A stretch of DNA of 64,000 bases from Prorocentrum cordatum (taxonomy: Eukaryota): contig CAUYUJ010000115.1 of NCBI GenBank assembly GCA_963575745.1, positions 496,001-560,000 on the forward strand, in the 5' to 3' direction. Made by a program: the position numbers and the translations under genes. Positions 34,959-46,709 of the stretch are shown in pieces. Below the pieces are notes generated by a model. It did not search any database and had not been told where the DNA came from. It was given only the letters and a program-made list of their open reading frames with translations. Each line of letters starts with the position of its first letter. The stretch's first letter is position 1.

Positions 34959-37900
34959 TAATTTCGGCTTGCAGGGCTGGCCAGCGCAATTCTGCATACC
35001 GAAAGTCACAGGGCCGGCACCACATCTGGTGCTGCGTGCAAGCCCGCGCGCAGCACACTTTTGTTCCGACTTGAGGGGTGGCTCAGCCGAGCCAGCGATA
35101 TCCCTGGGATCAAGATATCTATTCTCTGGCCAACATCTATTGTGGGGACGCTGGAGCAAGGCCAGAACAACGACAACGGCTACTATATGGCCCGCAGCGG
35201 GTCCAAGGGTCCGAAGGGCAGGCCTCGTTCACAAACGCCGAGCAGCAAGCGCAATAACGATTACTTGGTTTGTCCTCAGTGCCCTCCTGGCACCAGTTGG
35301 ATATGGAAGTCACAGGCGCTCAAGCCAGGACGAGAGAAATGCAACAAGTGCGGCATCTTCGATTGGACCACGCTCCTTCGACCAGGCTCCGTGGTGCGCT
35401 TCCAGCTGGACACAGCAACGACGGATCCAGCCATCGCCGCCACCATGCAGAAGGCAGTGGAGGCCCTCAAAGAGAAAGGAGACGAAGCAGGAGCTCGGAT
35501 CTTGGCTGCGGAATTCCCCAAGGCACCAGAGCCCAGCCCACCGCCAGCCAAACCCACCGCCAAGCTGCTTGAAGACTCAGCAGCCACCCTGCGACGACTC
35601 CAAGGGCAGCAAGAGCGTTTCAAGTCACAGCTGCAGAGGGCTGCGGCCTGGCAGGACGAGCTGGCCGAGACGCCCACCAGAAACATCGACGAAACCCAGC
35701 AAGTCTCAGCAGAAGTGGAGCGGCTTTCAGCTCTTCTTCGGGACAGTCGAACAGGGGCTCCATCTCATACTTAAGTCGCAGAGGATGGTGAAGATAAGTT
35801 CCCCGCTCTGGAAGGAAGCGATCTGGCTTTCCTCAGCCCCGAGGAGAGGGCCGCCTACGACCAAGCGAAGTTCGTGCACGAGCAGGCCAAGCAGGCTATG
35901 GAGAGCCACCGCCGCACAGGCGAGCAGGCTCGAGACGCCGTCGCCACCGCCAAGAAGCACCGAGAGACCATCACAGTCAAGAAACGCAAAAGCACACGAA
36001 GGTGACCACCGTGGCGCCCCTGCGGCCACGGATACCGTTCAGCAAGAAGGCACATATACCGCCCCGACCGCCAAAACGTACGACTTCACGGATGCCGAGG
36101 AAGTCAAGCGCTTCATTGATGAGAAGACCCGTGTTCGAGCAGCTCAGGTGGCGGCCACCAAGAGCGCAAGCAGAAGCGGGGGACCGCAGTGCTCTTAGCC
36201 CGAGCTTCCAGCGCCCCTTGCAGCGAGACCTGCGATTTCTACGCGAACATCAGCAACTTCTCCTACGCCGTCCGAGAGTTCTGCAGGGATGCGCCATGCG
36301 ATTTCATGGGGTTTGTTTTGTGGAAGCCCACCTGTATGGCAAGCAGCTAGAGGACGAGCAGCGACACCTCAGAGGCATGTGATGGCGCTCTGAGTTCACG
36401 ACATCACCAGCCACGCCAACGTTAGGGAAGGGCAGCTCAGGGGACGCTCTCTGGGCGCGGGCGAGGCAGTTCAATACATTTCCGCATCTGGCCACTGTGG
36501 GTGGCGAAGACCTCTTGGGCCAGCAGCTTCATGATACGGCGGTCACCATGGTCCGCCTCAGGCACGTCACCAAAGGGCTGGACCTACCAGTCAATATCTC
36601 CAAGCTCAACCAGTTGCTGACACTCGTGCGCACACTGGGCACGCCGTGGATGGTCTATGGCGACTCCAACAGTACACCAGAGCAGTTCAAGGCCTCACGT
36701 TGGCACGAGGCATTTGCAGCCGAGTACCTCCTGCCGAACTGCGATTTCACTTGTGCAGGAAGCTCAAGGCGTGTGATAGATGGGGTCTATGTTCGCCAAC
36801 GTTCCTGCCGCTCGTCAAATCCGTCGAGCCAGTCTACCAGGTGCCGTGGCAACCGCGCGTGGGTAGATACGAATGCACTCGAGACCAGCTGCAGTTATGT
36901 GCAACAGGCCCCTTCTGCCAGCCCCCATCGAGATCCCCGACCATGTGATCCAGATCGAGAAAGGGCCCAAGGGAAAGCAGAATGATCGACACCGCCACGC
37001 GCAGCTACACCATACTGAAGATGGAGACCTCATTGACCACGGCACCGACGTCCACAGCCACCTGCTGCAGGACCACGACGCCAAGAAGGTGCCGTACATC
37101 GTGGACACCGACGCTTGGGAATACCACAAGGCTCAGATTCAGGAGATCCCCATCTTGGACGCCAGCTCCGAGACGCAGCAGTGCACAGCCTACGCACTCG
37201 ATCCAGCTGCAGCTTGCGATCTCGCCGAGTTGTATGGCAGATGGACTATGGCAGCGGAGGCATCTTTGCTCAGCCTGTCGGATGAAACACCGGTCAGCGA
37301 CGGGCGACTCAGAGGGCAGCCGCTGCGCTATCGGCTTGAGCAGATGATACGCCAGCCCGACCCTTCGCGCATCCAAGCGGGCACCAATCAAATGGAGACC
37401 AACGCTTGGATCAGCCTCGCCAGCCAGCTTCAAGTCATCGTCAAGCAGTGCGAAAGGAGCCAATCAAACAAAGACACAAACTTTGCCAACATCAGGCCCA
37501 AAAAGATAGACCAACGAGACCAACAAACTGCTGACGCTGTACTGTAAGACCCTATAGCGCGTCTGGTCGCTCGCACGCCGTCATACCAGTGTTACCCGTG
37601 GACAGATATCCCATATGTAAGCCAGCTACACTTTCCTGATCACGCTGTCTCGACTGCTTGGCCGTACACCCCTCGCGCTGAGCCTCGCTCAATCCCCGTG
37701 ACCACCACCATGGACGACGCAGAGGCCGACCCCTTCGATGCGATCAACCGGTACGACGACGGCCTCGACTATCTGGAGCTGTTGCAGCGCGAACCTGAGG
37801 ACCCAGGTTAACCGCGTCCTCTACCACGGGGGAGTCTGCGAGATGCAGAACGGCCAGAGCACTCTAGCATCGGATGCTCGCTATCGCGCCGCACTCCGAT

Positions 37901-40900
37901 AGTTGCCAATAATGCGGACGTCTCGGGGGGGGGTGGGGGGGCCTCTCGGGCGTCTGGAGAGCGGGCCTCAGGAGGCTGGAAGGGGCCGCGGGGGACACGG
38001 CGACGGAGCTGTGCCCGATGACAGGGTTGCCGACGACCGACCTCCCTTGGGGCCCGCGGCTTGGGGCCTCGAACCGCGCGGGGCCGCCCTGTCTAAGGTC
38101 GCCGGAGAAGTTGCGCCCAATGGTGAACCCGAGGCTAACAACACCACCAGCGAGAGTGACAGCGAGAACGAGCAGGAGGAACCCACCATCGCATGAGAAA
38201 CAGAGCTGTTCAGCCACCTGCACCAGGCCGAGGAGCTCATGCTCAAAGGACGTGATCCGACAGTGCCTTCTCCCCCCAAACCAGTGCGAGGCCTCATTGA
38301 ATCTGTCGCGGATTGGGCAGCTACTTGGACCACTGGGTTATCAAGCGAGAAGGGGCAGGAACCGTCCGACTGGATGCGATGGTGCGAACCGCACCTGTTG
38401 GCTTACCTACTACTCCCTTGGAACATCGAGTATGCCAGACACCTTCAAGCACACCATAAAGGACGGCCGTTGGATCAGATAGTGCAGGAGTGGCGGCGTG
38501 CCTCTCCAAGACGGCAAGCCCTATTTGGCTGGATAGCTAAGCTCGATCATGACCCTGAAGCCGGGAAAACAGCCATCAATAAACACTGGAGACTCCATGG
38601 GGCTACTCGCCAAATGTTTTGAGGCCTCCTCCAAGACAAGGCGCCGCCTGATGACGACGGGCAGCGATCCGATGATGACCAGGATACTGACGATGCCGAG
38701 ATGTCAGATAACACAAGCCCTACAGTACGTCCAAGGCAGCTCCTGGACAACTTGGTCGACACGGTGCAGAAGATGAGGGCAATGGCCTCCCAGGATTGCC
38801 CAGAAGGCGAGATGTCCCTCTTGGACGAGCTCAGCATGCTCCTCCATCAGGTCCGATATGATCCAGCGTACCCGCCATCAGAGACGATTTCGGAGGTGCT
38901 TGCGAAGCCCCGATCTTTCTCGGAGGCCCACTCCAAAGCTACTTGGACAGCAGCACAGGTTTCAGTGCGAGAGAGGGCCCAGACCTCACTCCAGGGCAGC
39001 CTAAATAGAGCCCGCCGCTACATCTCCAAGCACGAGAAGAAGGAGCTGCACGACACGGCAATCCACAACCACCAGGTCATTGCCCACACGCTAGGAACCC
39101 TTGATGCCAGAGCGTCAAAATAGCAGGAGCGCTGGACTACACACTCGGCCGGTAGCGCCCTCACCGACAGCATGAAGACCCTCAGGCGCAAGGCCCGCGA
39201 GCAGCTCGACACCGACTGGGTAGAGTACACCATGGATGACGTGCACGCGGCACTCAAGTCCATCCCACTACAGACGGCACAATCAACCGATCAATGGTCA
39301 CGAGCTTCCCTGCAGGCAGTCAGTCAAGAGGCGAAGCAATAATCAGTCCAGATACTGAACTCTTGCGTCCAGAAGTTATCATGGCCAAAGGCGAGGCTAT
39401 CACCACGGGCGATGAAAGACCCATCGGGTTACTTCCAATGCCAGCGAGGATATGGGGACGTACGAACAGGCACCTCACTGGCGAGTGGTGCGACACCAAG
39501 GCGGGCTTCTGGGACAAGGCCATCAAAGGTTCATCGTCATTGCAGGCTGCGCTAACAACGCTCATCCTTGACGAAGTATCGGCCATGAGGGGTGACACGG
39601 ACGTGGTTACACTTTTCTTGGACACCATGAAGTTCTACGACCGCGTGGGCATCAGCTTGTTGTGTGTGCTGGCTACGAAACTGGACTTCTCCCCAGTGGT
39701 CCTCTATATGTCCTGCCTGCTCTACCTCAGCCCCCGCATCATCCGCGTCAGAGACGTCTATAGCTCAGGTGCAACCGTCCCGCACAATGGCTTGCTGGCG
39801 GGGTGCACCGAGGCGAACAATAGGGCCCGCGCGTACCTCTACAACCTGCTAGAGCTCGTGCACTTGCGCTACCAGGGCCTCATGCTGCGGGAATGTGTGG
39901 ATGACCTCATGGTAAGAGCTGAAGGCCACCGATCTCTAGTCAGACACGAAATGGAACCTGGGCCGGCAGCGCTGGTAGAAGGAATACATGAGTTGGGCCT
40001 GAAAGTCTCTGAGAAGACGACCATCCTGGGCCACCGCTCAGTCCAGCAAGCAGTGGTCCGCTCAATATGCAAAGTAGAGGTGGCGATCCGCTCAGCCAAG
40101 ACAACCAAGGACCTCGGCTTCGACTCCACCGTTGGCAGGGCGAGGCGTACTCCTACGGCAGCCAAGAGAGCGAGAGCGACGGCAAAACGGTTCCGCAGAG
40201 CGCAGATCTTTCAGAGACGTGGGGCTGGGCGGAAAGTTACGGCTCGTCTCTAGACGGCTAATTTGCGAGCGCAGCGGGTGTGCGATTCTGCAGTCATGGA
40301 GCTACTTGCGACAAGAGTGAAACAGGAGAGAGCCACGGCAGCTACCATGGCAGGTTCCACAGTTGGCGGCATGTGCACGCCGACAATCATGCTTCACATC
40401 TGCGGCAAGCAGGACCCACTATCTTTCAACCTCCGACGACAGATCTCAGAGTGGTTTACATTTTGGGCCCAGCAGCCGCAGCTCCATGCCCGTGTTCGAC
40501 CCGGATGGCAGGCAGTAGTCGACAGGATTGCCAGAGTGCGCGCCAAGTCCAAGTGGAGATCTGTCACGGGGCCCATGGGCGCTCTCATCGTCGGTATGGG
40601 CGAGCTCGGGTGGCAACTACATGGACGGACCCAGAAGGTGATGAGTGGACCTACAACCCCGACGACACCGACCTCATCTCCCTCATCGAAGCAGTTCACG
40701 ATCGAGTAGCAACAGGCCTGTGGCAGCAAGCATGGCAACACCCAAAAGGCCCTGGCTGCGAGCAAGGAGGGCGCCTTCAAGCGGCGCAGAGCTCCTTGAG
40801 ATGGGTGCGACGCAAGAAGTTCTTCAAGGGGGCTGGAGCCTTGGAGAATATCAGTACTGGCAGTTGGAGGACTGCTCAGCGCACTTTCACTGCAGGCTAC

Positions 40901-42390
40901 GATTGTCCAGCCTCGTGCCCGCGATGTGGACAAGCAGCTGAGGACTTGCTGCGCAGGTGCTACCAATGTGCAAAACATGACGGTATCGACCGCGACTGGA
41001 TCCGCCGTACCCAGGACCTCTGCGCCAGGGCCGCTCAGTCCATCAGCGAAGAGCCTGACGTGAAGATGTTCTGGTGCCGAGGTATCCTGAGGCCCCTGAC
41101 TGGCACGAACCCCAACCCGTTTTCGATGTCGACATGAACGCTCCTATCCCCGAGTTCGAGTCCTACACCAGCATCGTCGGTACCCCGATCCAGGCCTGCA
41201 GGGCCTACCTCGACGGCTCGGTCAACTCCGCAGACTCTCGCAACGCCCGCGGAGGTTGGAGGGTTGCTTTCGACTTCAACGATTTTCCTGGATAAGATCG
41301 GTTTCCTGGACTCTACGGTCCCATAGACGGCCTACAAACGGTTCCGAGTGCTGAGCTTGCGGCGCTCTACTACTGCCTCCTCTACACCCAGGGGCCCCTC
41401 GAGATCTGGACTGACAACGCTCTGGTCTTTCGCGGTTGGAACTCCAGGTGGTGGCTACCGTCGAGGCCCCCACAAGCAATGGTGACAGCGCATCAAGCAA
41501 GCTATCCTCCAGAGGCCCGACAGGATCTCCAACGTCCGCGTGAAGAAGTGCAACTCTCACCTAGACGACGTGCGCCTCCGTCTTGTTTCTCAGCCATGGT
41601 CTGTGTCTTTCGGTAATGAACGAGCCGACGCGCTGGCCCAGAGAGGCCTCGCGAAGGCTCTGAACTTTATCCAGCCCCAATTAGATTCTTTGAAGGACTA
41701 TGAAGTTCTCCTGCACCGGGTCCACAGGCGTCTGTCGGCAGTCGCCTCGGCTGTTAACTCGCTGCCACGGGTCAAGCACCAGCGTCCTCGGGTTGCGCAC
41801 AACCGCAAGAGGCCAGTGAAGATAGTCGCGCTTCGTCGTGGGCTCGAGCGAGCCACGGGCCACTGCATGCAGCAGCACCCGAAGAACAAAAAACGCTGGT
41901 TATGTTTCCATTGTATGCTGGGCCCGACACGAGAGGCCGTTGAAAGCTGGATGCAGGCGCACCCTTGCAAAGGAAGATTTTTGTTTCATGTTATAATGTG
42001 CCCCCTGCCGATTTTGCCCTCCGCATACCCCTCTCTCTTACAGTGGGAGGTAAGACCGCGCACCCGACACATTCGCTGCATATCATGAATGGTCAACTCT
42101 GGTGCGCGAAGTGTGCGAGGCTCGGCAGTCGCACGAGCACCGGAGGAGGCAGGCTTAACCAACTCCCCGTCCCTTGTCCAGGCGGCGTGGGCACCGACAG
42201 TGGTAGGGAGGCTTTGCGTAGGTTGGCCAATTGTCTGCCCCCGAATGTCTCGGCCAAGGTTTGGCCCTCAGGGGAGCCCATAATGCCCCTTCAAAGCCTG
42301 CAAAGCCAAGCGAGTTCGCCCGAAGTAAGGGTCGGTCACAAGGGCCGCGGCGTGTCCCAGGCCACGACCGCGCCCCCTCGGTGGGCCGAT
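34939..42390 (+). mobile_element. Apparently full-length degenerate LINE: ORF1 plus APE-RT-RNase H ORF2
   Basis: ORF1 from ATG 35187 has CxxC...CxxC (CPQC/CNKC) and a coiled-coil-like region. ORF2 motifs: FYANIS, FVEAHL, MVYGDSN (APE); ERPIGLL, FLDTMKFYDRV, GLLAGC, ECVDDL (RT); CPRC..C; YLDGS, QTVPSAELAA, WTDN, KCNSH, GNERADALA (RNase H); C-terminal HPTHSL..WCAKC. Multiple stops and frameshifts. Confidence 0.88.
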
Positions 42391-43579
42391 CCTCCTCCTC
42401 CTCCTCCTCCTCCTCCTCCTCCTCCTCCTCCCCCTCCTCCTCCCTCCTCCTCCTCCTCCTCCTCCTCCTCCTCCTCCTCCCCCTCCTTCTCCTCCTGCTC
42501 CTCCTCCTCCTCCTCCTCCTCCTCCTCCTCCTCCTCCTCCTCTCCCTCCCCCTCCCCCTCCCCCTCCCCTTCCCCTTCCCCCTCCTCCCATTGGGGGACC
42601 CGCGATACCATGTCTGGGAACTTCCCGATGCGAATGATCCTGGGCAGCGCTGTGGCGGACGTTCAGGTAGGGGCTGCAGCTGCAGGGGTTCAGGTGAGCC
42701 CAGGCAGATCTCGTCGTGTTTCGCCTGCCCCGCGCATCGACGGACGCTCTCGAACGAGAGAAGTAGCTAGAGCCCGAGGGGCAGATAACATCTGTCAAGC
42801 AGTGGCGAAACGTGCTGGCTCGCCTATAGGCCTACCAGGCAATGGTCTGATTAACTTTTTGTGGTTTGCACGAACTGTTATTAGAACATGTATGGCGGGA
42901 TTGTCTTGTTTTAACAAATGATCTAAGCATATTGTCTTTGTAAGTAGAGCATTCTTGGGTTCCAGGAACATTCGTGGTAGGCCTATAGGAATGCCGGGAC
43001 GGTCGGTCCCTGCTCAAATCCGAGCCGCCTCCCCTCCCCCTTCTTGCTGTGTCATCACCCCAGGCTTCAACCACAAACACCCATGTTTTGCAATTGTTGA
43101 CGCTTCGCGTATCCCCACCAGGTGCCTCTGCAGCCAATTATCTCGCTCTGTGCCCCAGAACGTTAGCCCCGTTCGCTGGATCTGTCCTTCGAGCCGCCGA
43201 ACAAAACAGTATCCCCACCAGCCCATCCAGAAAGGATGCTCATGGGGGTTGAGGTGATCAGGGAAGTCGGAGAGCATGCAGAATTACAAAGGGCGGGGGA
43301 AGCTGTCACAAACCCCGAGAGGGGGAGGATGGAAGAGGAATCGTCGCCGTCGGAGGAGGAGGAGGAGGAGGAAGAGGAGGAGGAGGAGGAGGATAATTAG
43401 GATGATATGGAGTAGGGCGAGGACGAGGAGGTCTGAGAAGGAGGAGAAGGAGCAGAGGGAGGAGAAGGAGGAGAAGGAGGAGAAGGAGGAGGAGGGGGAG
43501 GAGGAGGAGGAGGGAGGAAGATGAAGAGGTGATTGAGGAAGAGGAAGAGGAAGAGGACGGCGAACCGAAGAGCCAGAAG

Positions 43580-44322
43580 CGTCTTGAATGCCTTTTCGGA
43601 AATCCTCTTGAGGCTTCTTGGGGGTCTCTTGGGAGCCTGTTGGAGGCCTCTTGGGCGCCTCTTGGGGACGTCTTCGCGCCTCTTGGGGCGCTCTTGAGGC
43701 GCTCTAGGGAGCCTTCGGGGCGTTCTTGGGGCCATCTTGGAGGGAGTCGATCAAACAAGAGGGGAGCTCCAATTAGCCTCCCCCCTCGGGAGCCCCATAC
43801 ATCGCCTCTTTGGGCCCCTCTTGGAGCGCTCTTGGAGCGCTCTTGGGCGCTTTTGGGGCCGTCTTGGGGCTCTCTTGGGCCTCTCGTGGGGCCCTTTTGG
43901 GCCATCTTGGAGCCATATTGAGGCCTCGGATGTCCCCATCGGAAGCGAAACGGCGAGAAAGCACACCACATTGTTTTTCCTTAGGTTTGGGGGCGATGTT
44001 GGCCTCGTCGGGGCCTCCTTAGGGAGCTCTTTGGCCACTTGGAGCCGTCTTGGGATCGTCTTGGGGCCTCTTGGAGCATCTTGGGAGCCATCGTGAGCGA
44101 TCTTGCGCTATCTAGAGCCATCTTGGAGCTCATCTTGGGCTCTCTGAGGCGCTTTTGAAGCCATCGTTGGCCATCTTGGACGCTCCAACGCGCCGCGCCC
44201 CCCCCCCCCCGTCCAGGTCCAGGGGAGGGGGTAGGGGGAGGGGTAAACCCCTCCCCAAGGGGGAAGAGGGAGGGGTGGAAGAGGATCTGCTCTAGACCAC
44301 CTACGCCCAGAGGGCTGGTGGG
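43580..44322 (+). repeat. GGGCCTCTTGG-rich dispersed repeat, copy 5
   Basis: Same units and modules; terminus GGGGGAGGGGTAAACCCCTCCCC...GCCCAGAGGGCTGGTGGG matches 24996-25082. Confidence 0.8.
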
Positions 44323-45351
44323 TTTTTTAGAGTAGCTCAGCCACCATAGCGAGGCAGTCTTTGTGGAGGGACCTTCCGTGGTATCGCCCCTGCCCATGTT
44401 GTTGGTGAGTTGTTTGGGGCCCCGTCTGGAGTAAAGCTGTACTTGGCAGGGATTGGGTGCACCACACGCACTGCATGCGGTTGCACAGCACTCAAGCTCT
44501 GGTGTTGCAGCAGTTGCGGTTGTTTTGTCAGGCAGATGGTCAAGGGCCTCGGGCAATAATGTCCCAGGAGGAGGAATTCCAATCGCGGCGAATACTTGTC
44601 CAGGATTGTTTCAGGCTTGTGGCCCAAAGTCCTGAGCAAGACTGAGCAGGCCCATCGGGTTCGTAAGTGTGGGGATATCGCTTCGCGACTGGGGTCACTC
44701 ACTCACTCACTCCTTCTCCTACTACTCCTACTCTCCTCCTCGTTCTCCGCGCACCCTTCGAGTAGGGGAGCAACCACGGAACTGATTCACTCTAGAACTG
44801 GTTCGGTCCGCCGAATCTACGGAAAATAACATGATGCTCCGTAGATCAGTGGAGCATTCTATCACGTTTGTTGTAGATTCGGCGGATTTTTTTTTCTGGG
44901 GTAAATCACATTGGTGGTCGATCCCCTACTCGAGCCCTTTTCCTTCCTCTTTGGGGGACCCCTTGCTGCCAGTGACCCCCTCTCAGTCCCTGGTGGCGCG
45001 CAGAGGAGGTCAGGGGGGAGGGGTCAAGGATTCTTAGCAGGCGCGGGCCCTGCATCTGTAGGGAAGGCCCGCGCCTTCTGAGAAACGGGGGTGCTTCCGA
45101 GAAGTGGTCCTCTTCCTATTCCCCAGTGATCTGGCTCCTGCTCTCCGCGTGCTCCTTTTCCTGCTCCTCCTGCTCCTCCTCCTCCTCCTCCTCCTCCTCC
45201 TCCTCCTCCTCATCATCATCCTCATCCTCCTCCTCCTCCTCCTCCTCCTCCTCCCCTCTCCCCCTTCTCCTCCCCCCCCTCCCCCTCCTCCTCCCCCTCC
45301 TCCTCCTCCTCCTACTCCTCCTCCTTCTCCTCCTCCTCCTCCTCGTCCTCC

Positions 45352-45373
45352 TCCGTAGCCATTTTGGCTCAAG
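45352..45373 (+). other. Exact 22-nt dinoflagellate spliced leader at LINE 5' end
   Basis: TCCGTAGCCATTTTGGCTCAAG, a perfect match to the DinoSL consensus; followed by GG (not GT), with the ORF1 ATG ~120 bp downstream. Confidence 0.97.
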
Positions 45374-45494
45374 GGGCCTGCTCCTGAACTTCCCAACCTC
45401 GGTCCAAGCCTCGCAAGCGAGGAGCATCCTGCCTCCTTGGGGCGCTTAGGCTTGGCACATTCGGTCTGGGAACGACACCCCCCTTCCGCGCGCG

Positions 45495-46454
45495 ATGGCT
45501 GCCAACCAGGCCATCATCTCCGAGCTCAAGGCCGTCATGGAGACCACCATGCAGGGATTCCAAGCTAGCCTGCCAGAAGCTCTGGACTCGAAGCTCGGCG
45601 CCCTCAACATGGAGCTGACCACAGCGCAGGAGGAGACCAACGCCAAGCTCGGAGAGTTACAGATGGAGATGGAGTCCCAGCGCGAGAGGATCGACCAGCA
45701 GGCAGCTACAATTCGAACGCTGCAAGAGCAAGCAGAGCAAGCATCTACGACAGCGGGGTCAGTGGCATCTGGCGCCTCTGGCTTCACGGGCTCGACGAGA
45801 CGTGGTGCAGCAGGTGGCAGTAAGTTCAGGCGGGTTGGCACGGTCGAGGAGCCGGCTGACAAGTTAACCAAGTTCGTCGGTGGCTTCCCTAGGCCTTTGT
45901 TGGCCAAATTCAGAGAATCTCACTTCGAGAACCTGAAAACGGTGTACCCGCAGTACATCAGCGACGACGTCAACGGCTCCTTCCACCGCGTCGGGGTCAA
46001 CTACAAGATCACCTTCAAGAGCGAGACGGCTGCGGCAGACTTCCAGGACCAGTTCAATCGTGCAGGCCACATGTGGACGGACCCGAGGGACCACACCAAG
46101 CACCCGCTTCGCGTTCGAGGCGATCTCCCGATCGATGTTCGCAACCGGCGTCGTGCATTTTCGGCCATCTACACGGCTGTCAAGGATTTGCTATCGAGCT
46201 CGGCAAGGTGGAATCCATCATGCAGGCTTGGAGTGGATGGCTATGAGGGTGTTCTTCAGGTAAGCAATGATGAGGACTTGTGGGAGTTGGTCTTCGCTAA
46301 ACCTGCAGGCTTCAAAGATGGCAAAGAGATCTTCACGTTCGAGCCGAAGCAGACCGAGCTTTCGCAATGGAACATCACGGCAGAGCAGACCCATAACGTG
46401 ATCAATCAGGCGGAGGCTGAGGCTCGCAAGCTCGTGGAGGATGAGGATTTCTGA
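45495..46454 (+). CDS. LINE ORF1 protein (319 aa, N-terminal coiled coil)
   Basis: Intact ATG-to-stop ORF; heptad-like LGELQMEMESQRERIDQQAATIRTLQEQ; lies between the SL and the APE-RT ORF. Confidence 0.8.
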   Translation: MAANQAIISELKAVMETTMQGFQASLPEALDSKLGALNMELTTAQEETNAKLGELQMEMESQRERIDQQAATIRTLQEQAEQASTTAGSVASGASGFTGSTRRGAAGGSKFRRVGTVEEPADKLTKFVGGFPRPLLAKFRESHFENLKTVYPQYISDDVNGSFHRVGVNYKITFKSETAAADFQDQFNRAGHMWTDPRDHTKHPLRVRGDLPIDVRNRRRAFSAIYTAVKDLLSSSARWNPSCRLGVDGYEGVLQVSNDEDLWELVFAKPAGFKDGKEIFTFEPKQTELSQWNITAEQTHNVINQAEAEARKLVEDEDF

Positions 46455-46709
46455 CATGATAACACACGGGGACGTCCGAGAAGACGTAGAGTTTCACAAC
46501 GTTTGAGAGTTCGTGCTTCCTCTTCTTCTTCCTCCTCCTCTTCTGGTTCCTCGGCCTCATCGGGGAGTGGGCGAGCTTCGTCGAGTGGGCGACCTACAGG
46601 CGGGAGCTCCAGCTCTTCAGCTTCTTCGTCGAGCTCGCCAGTGGTAGGTGTGCGTTCTCTGCCTTTTTTTTTCCTGGTACTCGACTGGGGTTAGTGTCGT
46701 GGAATTGCC

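Noticed and set aside
45352..45373. SL RNA gene, or a CRE/SLACS/NeSL-type insertion into an SL gene
   Set aside because: The SL is not followed by a GT intron, no SL intron sequence is visible at the element's 3' junction, and the element has an APE rather than a restriction-like endonuclease.
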